NCBI GenBank assembly: GCA_048882385.1 | Contig: JBHLRQ010000071.1 | Span: 1-16,745, forward strand | DNA: 16,745 bases | Source of the DNA: Candidatus Thorarchaeota archaeon | GTDB lineage: Archaea > Asgardarchaeota > Thorarchaeia > Thorarchaeales > Thorarchaeaceae | Direction: 5' to 3' | Shown here: positions 15,501 through 16,745 of the stretch, in pieces | How the letters are laid out: every line of letters starts with the position of its first letter | Numbering within the stretch: position 1 is the first letter of the stretch | Translations under genes and position numbers: made by a program | The notes under the pieces: generated by a model | The model's input: only the letters and a program-made list of their open reading frames with translations | Told to the model about the DNA's origin: nothing | The model's database searches: none

Positions 15501-16745
15501 AACCTTGGCCGTATTATGCAAATCGGTATCATCATTGAATTGGATACGAACTGGAAAGTCCGTGACATCACCATAGGTGTTGTTTGCAAAGATTACAATA
15601 TCCTTTCTATACCTAAAGGATGGGAATTTGTGGTTAGGATCGGTTGTTGTCTGATTATATGATGAATACCAAGTGTTACCATTAGGGTCGATCAGGTTCA
15701 AACCAGCGCGTGCACCAAGAATAGTGGGTGTTGTGATTGTGAATTTCGCGAGATCATTAATATCATAAGCTGGGGATGTGAGTTGAACGTCCTGTAAAAA
15801 GTTCCAGCTAATGAATTTGAGTGTCCAAACACCCCAAAAGTCGATTGATGCTGGGTTGAGAGTGAGAGTTCCTCCTTGATACCACCAATCTGAATCCACT
15901 GTTTTTGGCTGGTTTATTGGATTGAGCACAGCTGTGGGTTTCCATTCAGCACGGGGATATTCCACAGTGAATCCCATTGAAGTTGCACCTGCAGGAGGTG
16001 ATACCATGACCTTTGCAGTCCAGTTAACGATGCTTGCTCCACTCTCAATGAAGTAACTTACTCCTTCATTGAAATCAGTGTCCATAGTCTGTGCTTCGCC
16101 ACCAATATCCATTGTGATGGTCACATCCATAGACACAATTGTTGGAGAGGCTGTTGTAAAGATGACCTCTGTACTTCCGGCATCATTCCAAGTAGCAGTG
16201 ATGGCGCTCTCTGTCCCAACCGAATAGAATCCAGACGGATTGTTTTGGTTTGAGTATTCCGTGTCAATCCATGCCTCGGAACGTACGAGTGTTGTCAGAC
16301 GCGCTTCATCAATAATGCCAGCCCAGTATCTGCTATTCAGAAGGTCATTATTACCAATAACGAACATGGCATCTGAATCATAGATTGAAGTTCCTGTATA
16401 TGATCTATCAATTATGAGAACACCATCAAGATATGCCAATATCTCGTGCCCTGTTCGTGATGGATCCCAGGACCAAGATACGTAGTGCCAAGTGAAGTTA
16501 GAAGCTGTTGCTGAGCTGCTATAACTTACACCAGCACCTTGAGGATCTGCCCAAACTCTGGTTGTGATGTGATTGGTGGGATCAAGTCTTAGTGTCATGA
16601 TGTGTTGGGTGGACGTTGTGGTTGTTGATTTTGAGAATATCCTTGCATCCTTGTCTAAGGTTCGATAGAACCATGCACTCATTGTGAACTGAGTCCATTC
16701 ATCAGTGTCGATTTGTCCAATAGATAGTATATCATCAGTCCCATC
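6522..16745 (-). CDS. Giant single-pass membrane surface protein / adhesin A (LamG + DUF2341-LamG + ~22 Ig-like modules + TM + cytoplasmic tail); 5'-partial, >=3407 aa
   Basis: The 3386-aa ORF in the track stays open upstream of 16682 to the window edge (DGTDDILSIGQIDTDEWTQFT-MSAWFY, the DGxDD start of a LamG domain), so the true start lies outside the window. It ends at TAG 6524-6522. Domain calls are by manual motif recognition, not by HMM. Confidence 0.93.
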   Translation of the reverse strand, partial: DGTDDILSIGQIDTDEWTQFTMSAWFYRTLDKDARIFSKSTTTTSTQHIMTLRLDPTNHITTRVWADPQGAGVSYSSSATASNFTWHYVSWSWDPSRTGHEILAYLDGVLIIDRSYTGTSIYDSDAMFVIGNNDLLNSRYWAGIIDEARLTTLVRSEAWIDTEYSNQNNPSGFYSVGTESAITATWNDAGSTEVIFTTASPTIVSMDVTITMDIGGEAQTMDTDFNEGVSYFIESGASIVNWTAKVMVSPPAGATSMGFTVEYPRAEWKPTAVLNPINQPKTVDSDWWYQGGTLTLNPASIDFWGVWTLKFISWNFLQDVQLTSPAYDINDLAKFTITTPTILGARAGLNLIDPNGNTWYSSYNQTTTDPNHKFPSFRYRKDIVIFANNTYGDVTDFPVRIQFNDDTDLHNTAKVRADGSDILFADGDIILDHEIEYFNQDYTFSEAKLVAWVKMNITSSLDKTISMYYGSPVVDNLENPMGVWSSDFDAVWHLGEDVVNEASGAIHADSTGNGYNGVQNGNVEYLSGRAGYAQDFDGIDDYISISNQLTPDGDVFITGWFRISTTHNDLSPNTQVIMEKYIDIDHDMVIALVGQDYGQGTVPNGSLVFKVESSPNSPIYKWTQRTTWNPGWYFIGCYADEDNPSNNAIWVNAAWDTNAGQVGSPTQANMSYTEEWRLGGGNWETSGSFTSWFSGQLDEFRVSSTVRTTGWLQNEYRNLISALSGPNTFGRRLPEQQRTSPEHTITKTIDSSAPAGVWTAEAYYNDTGATVTDKTGLFEKTFIVRHPTALSKQKPTVSIKTAGDSLIVEYQLTDTITTQGVSGAIVTMNWTSPSTITFDDYGNGMYGKVLETSDLGDAKQWRFDVESYHQFYNNDTDSFTLDLYHTTELDADGVTTTPAGYDFTATLTFTDTYSGAPIVGATITLDGSGVAFIDNTDGTYDISIPTGALSLGNHPYIFNATKAGSYVYMASVSVTFTLRSHYTAVTVSGDLATPYGQDTPLTVFLLDLDTGTSVLIGDVDNFNFTSSYGQQILSSLFSFDMTLDTNSWSVGTVSVTLTVTMSNTDIGIPLPYTFDVTIRAHRTSLSVTGVTTQPYGNQTPLTISLTDLDTGGTVPIGSVSNIRLQYAPAPTFTDFSSYSITLDTSNWGVGTWTVTVVVTMSGTIYSAPTNYQFTVTIRRMTTLMYHDPSTLNFPIGTDFQVYLRLNTSEQGPYFGDPVTGRLAGEFSVPGYTIAIDTSEQAIGRYQLTIDQSAFSGGIYQITVYFTSADNRFANTFLVIQFEYREIVSYLTSPNYPQVTTPYQLNVKILLNYTDADFGTGIDGATISSPDHPTWIGPPGTGNWTDIGGGLYEVWIDVSSLALGTHTIDLTADKSGFDAKTLQFRVVIRAAFTSIVPSVGSLDIPIGNSPFFYVDYTDIDRLVAIDNLTSPFTQVISNWGNFSVVYEPGTQRYKITFHTSDSDGTFQNQVKYFTFSKGVNYQAATFNITISIRTHNTDFRIVSSIEPTSTIGIFNISVYYGDLDSTVGIQSPDVDFWVENTTGVVISSYGYDILPGYYIIQVSASQFGLGLQTFTVYADWTGAVPKYQDKSFVTTANVVGRDSALTLLVGSEPTPYDENMGYIFFYSDLFSGIGIDNITGGSNVFIYVMFQGESINPADITITDLSSTEPGNYSISFDTNIFSRTGLIYMNVFVNWSKGVSPFYSNRTDVISVRVLPRDTLLSITPPSPTSYGEQGSFTFTFEDTTGGSSSYIFDDPKLSITSNITFGYVEVGGTYTITFDTTQFGDVGLHVIQLSVTWDGVPFYSNRTGRIVYLTISNRVTFLEYLAPAPTQYLDEVIFNVTWTDITGGASDPITGATVTLYQGVTPIDIGKYSLFEYPTLGIYRITLNTTFAATPGDYSLRVGISIGSTGISDAFTTRTFNVRERLALLASEPISTVPYNSSISALLYYQDLFTTGIIANDSAEVTLEILSGPGSGPWYFTVNWQAGFGNYLLEVETYNLGLETGITYYLTLRMSYTYQAPFFSSDELIVSFQLRNRVSSLSLTTEPETTPYGENAIFAVFFGDVDAGGAGIAGATITIPSLTPISDYTVTPGAAGFYTLMVDTSALGSPSSYPLSVHANWSGAPYHNNRTRVVTVSVRERETNIDITIPPAQTLYLDDVTFTFQYIDLDASVPITSITGTNIHLYWSNMTEINPLLYTVTPTGSSFELTIASSDLSAAPISGLSIIVKVDWNAASIPYYVDDSTTVKVTITRRTMLVETDQIERTPKGDILNISITVTDIDSGVPITGAIIQFSCQDHNLVLVSDYYTSGSGGVYNFHVYTTKLTGTGTFYFDIAVQWDPTLVPFYTNRSTVTLTGLVDLIRTSLSVDAIAPSSGVEYTDTVSLNITLTDLDHGTPITGREGILNYSITYVFNGVRPQNLNVFEYITSGKYNISFTTSDLPTLGTYTLRIISAGTPYASVQVTPQFTLIPINTELEVPLGDTSISLYWKNSTDIVLNYNDLLNGITIPNADSITWSILNDVFIGTLSEIGSTGTYTDSIDTTPLGAGTFVVTITASKDKYTDAIATITLIVMTIPSEVVIIEPTDIVAQVNRGDPLDIAIELREVGSGSIIDDSQVRNVSGTLQVYAELNGTKYYMNYSSFTFQWNVTIPGTATILEALQSYNIQIFASFRNYDPAIDQFKIFVEQTATQLAVLGGTTNIEVYYLQNVTLQLNFTTSSTAAFFMEINDGEVSWIDITRGIYYNFTSLGSGLWTLTFNTSSIGFGTIGVSFRAEPTNTTLASTITSITLTVKKIPTSIDGPTETQEMVWGYTGFIPLDFIDDYNLRTVSGAEVTYNYGNLDFNASDLGNGTYVLYIDTTILDSGIREKITTSFILANYEERTFSFFINVIERPTELIIEYPQQNYVSTEAGAIILELTMYDSIDISLFYNDMSPVGGLSGGIINANFTEFTELRAPSYFSGAKAILFRTGSGFYNFTFDTNDLSLYGFEYGGPVILENQYFRFTIEIFDEHRSFQAIEIRIRIISTPTEILINGESYDPEVNIEYTIINGNEITFDFFVNDTWHNSGGEGFIFTITQGATANIYDNASLGGGYYRVVILAVGYSDNPAIMQITMSREFHDDVELNFRISTEPNDFDILFEQIYTFGLPTAFIIITLLGLYVRVWSVPKRIRQINGQIKTLRKGKVPKPVSDVKSRQQLVAELFNDTYEKLKITRTATQMPEEAIPIEVPEMGELLMQLAILTNLSPAELDEFQADIVKMKMSEQAAFVKEVIMQEAIRAARREGKTIEETLAAIETEALRRLGAEEEVKPIDHIEKDSLETVFLEEEEEKEAVIPEEEEEPEEEVFEEVKDTKSERMSVHEIEELRKELQQKGVPPYEIDTIIEQAKELPRELVDELVKSLEGRKE
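6525..7259 (-). other. 245-aa cytoplasmic tail of protein A (basic juxtamembrane segment, helical unit 1, Glu-rich linker, helical unit 2)
   Basis: After the TM, composition switches from Thr/Ser/Tyr-rich beta sequence to E/K/L/Q-rich helical sequence. A low-complexity stretch EEEEEKEAVIPEEEEEPEEEVFEE lies at about 6700-6770. Confidence 0.8.
7260..7319 (-). other. Single transmembrane helix of protein A
   Basis: IYTFGLPTAFIIITLLGLYV is followed immediately by basic RVWSVPKRIRQINGQIKTLRKGK (positive-inside rule), giving type I topology. Confidence 0.85.
7330..14395 (-). repeat. Array of ~22 divergent ~95-135 aa Ig-like beta-sandwich modules (stalk of protein A)
   Basis: A recurring module start R-x-T-x-hydrophobic...P-x-(P)-Y-(G/L), an internal DxD-x-G-x-x-I-x-GA and G-x-Y-x-hydrophobic strands occur about every 300-340 nt. 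Repetition is at the protein level only. The Ig-like fold is inferred from size and alternating Thr/hydrophobic pattern. Confidence 0.7.
14592..15617 (-). other. DUF2341 + LamG cassette of protein A
   Basis: DUF2341-like FRYRKDI...TDFPVRI...DGSDILFAD...LDHEIEYF...AWVK...ISMYYG (15617-15336), then AVWHL...DFDGIDDY...TGWF...WYFI...FSGQLDEFRVS...WLQNEYRN. Confidence 0.82.
16210..16745 (-). other. LamG-like / ConA-like lectin jellyroll domain 1 of protein A (partial)
   Basis: Motifs DGTDD...FTMSAWF...WHYVSWSWD...YLDGV...FVIGN...WAGIIDEARL...RSEAWIDTEYSNQNNP are typical of Laminin_G_3-type domains. Confidence 0.85.

Noticed and set aside
16680-16682. ATG 16682 as the start of gene A
   Set aside because: It is mid-domain (FT-M-SAWF strand of LamG), has no signal peptide after it, and the frame is open to the window edge.
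1-16745. Diversity-generating retroelement, CRISPR array, intein or IS element associated with the lectin genes
   Set aside because: I saw no near-identical nucleotide repeat pair differing at adenines, no regularly spaced direct repeats, and no reverse transcriptase, transposase or intein motifs. A/B similarity is old and mainly at the protein level.

Overview
The window is almost entirely two tandem, minus-strand, paralogous giant cell-surface protein genes separated by a spacer of about 150 bp. Gene A (>16745..6522, at least 3407 aa) is open at the window's right edge; the ORF-track Met at 16682 is internal. It encodes, in order: a LamG/ConA-like domain, an unassigned beta-rich region, an MG2/Ig-like domain interrupted by a DUF2341+LamG cassette, about 22 divergent Ig-like modules, one TM helix, and a 245-aa cytoplasmic tail with a duplicated helical motif flanking an acidic linker. 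Gene B (6365..<1, at least 2121 aa) is missing from the ORF track because it has no stop inside the window. It begins with a signal peptide and is colinear with gene A at an offset of about 9.95 kb, but lacks A's extra N-terminal LamG region. The architecture, the many N-x-S/T sequons and the tail style suggest an archaeon, probably Asgard (Thorarchaeia-like); this is inference, not verified. No RNA genes, CRISPR arrays or mobile elements were seen. The candidate novel system is a pair of receptor-like giant adhesins with a shared stalk, different tips and a structured cytoplasmic tail.
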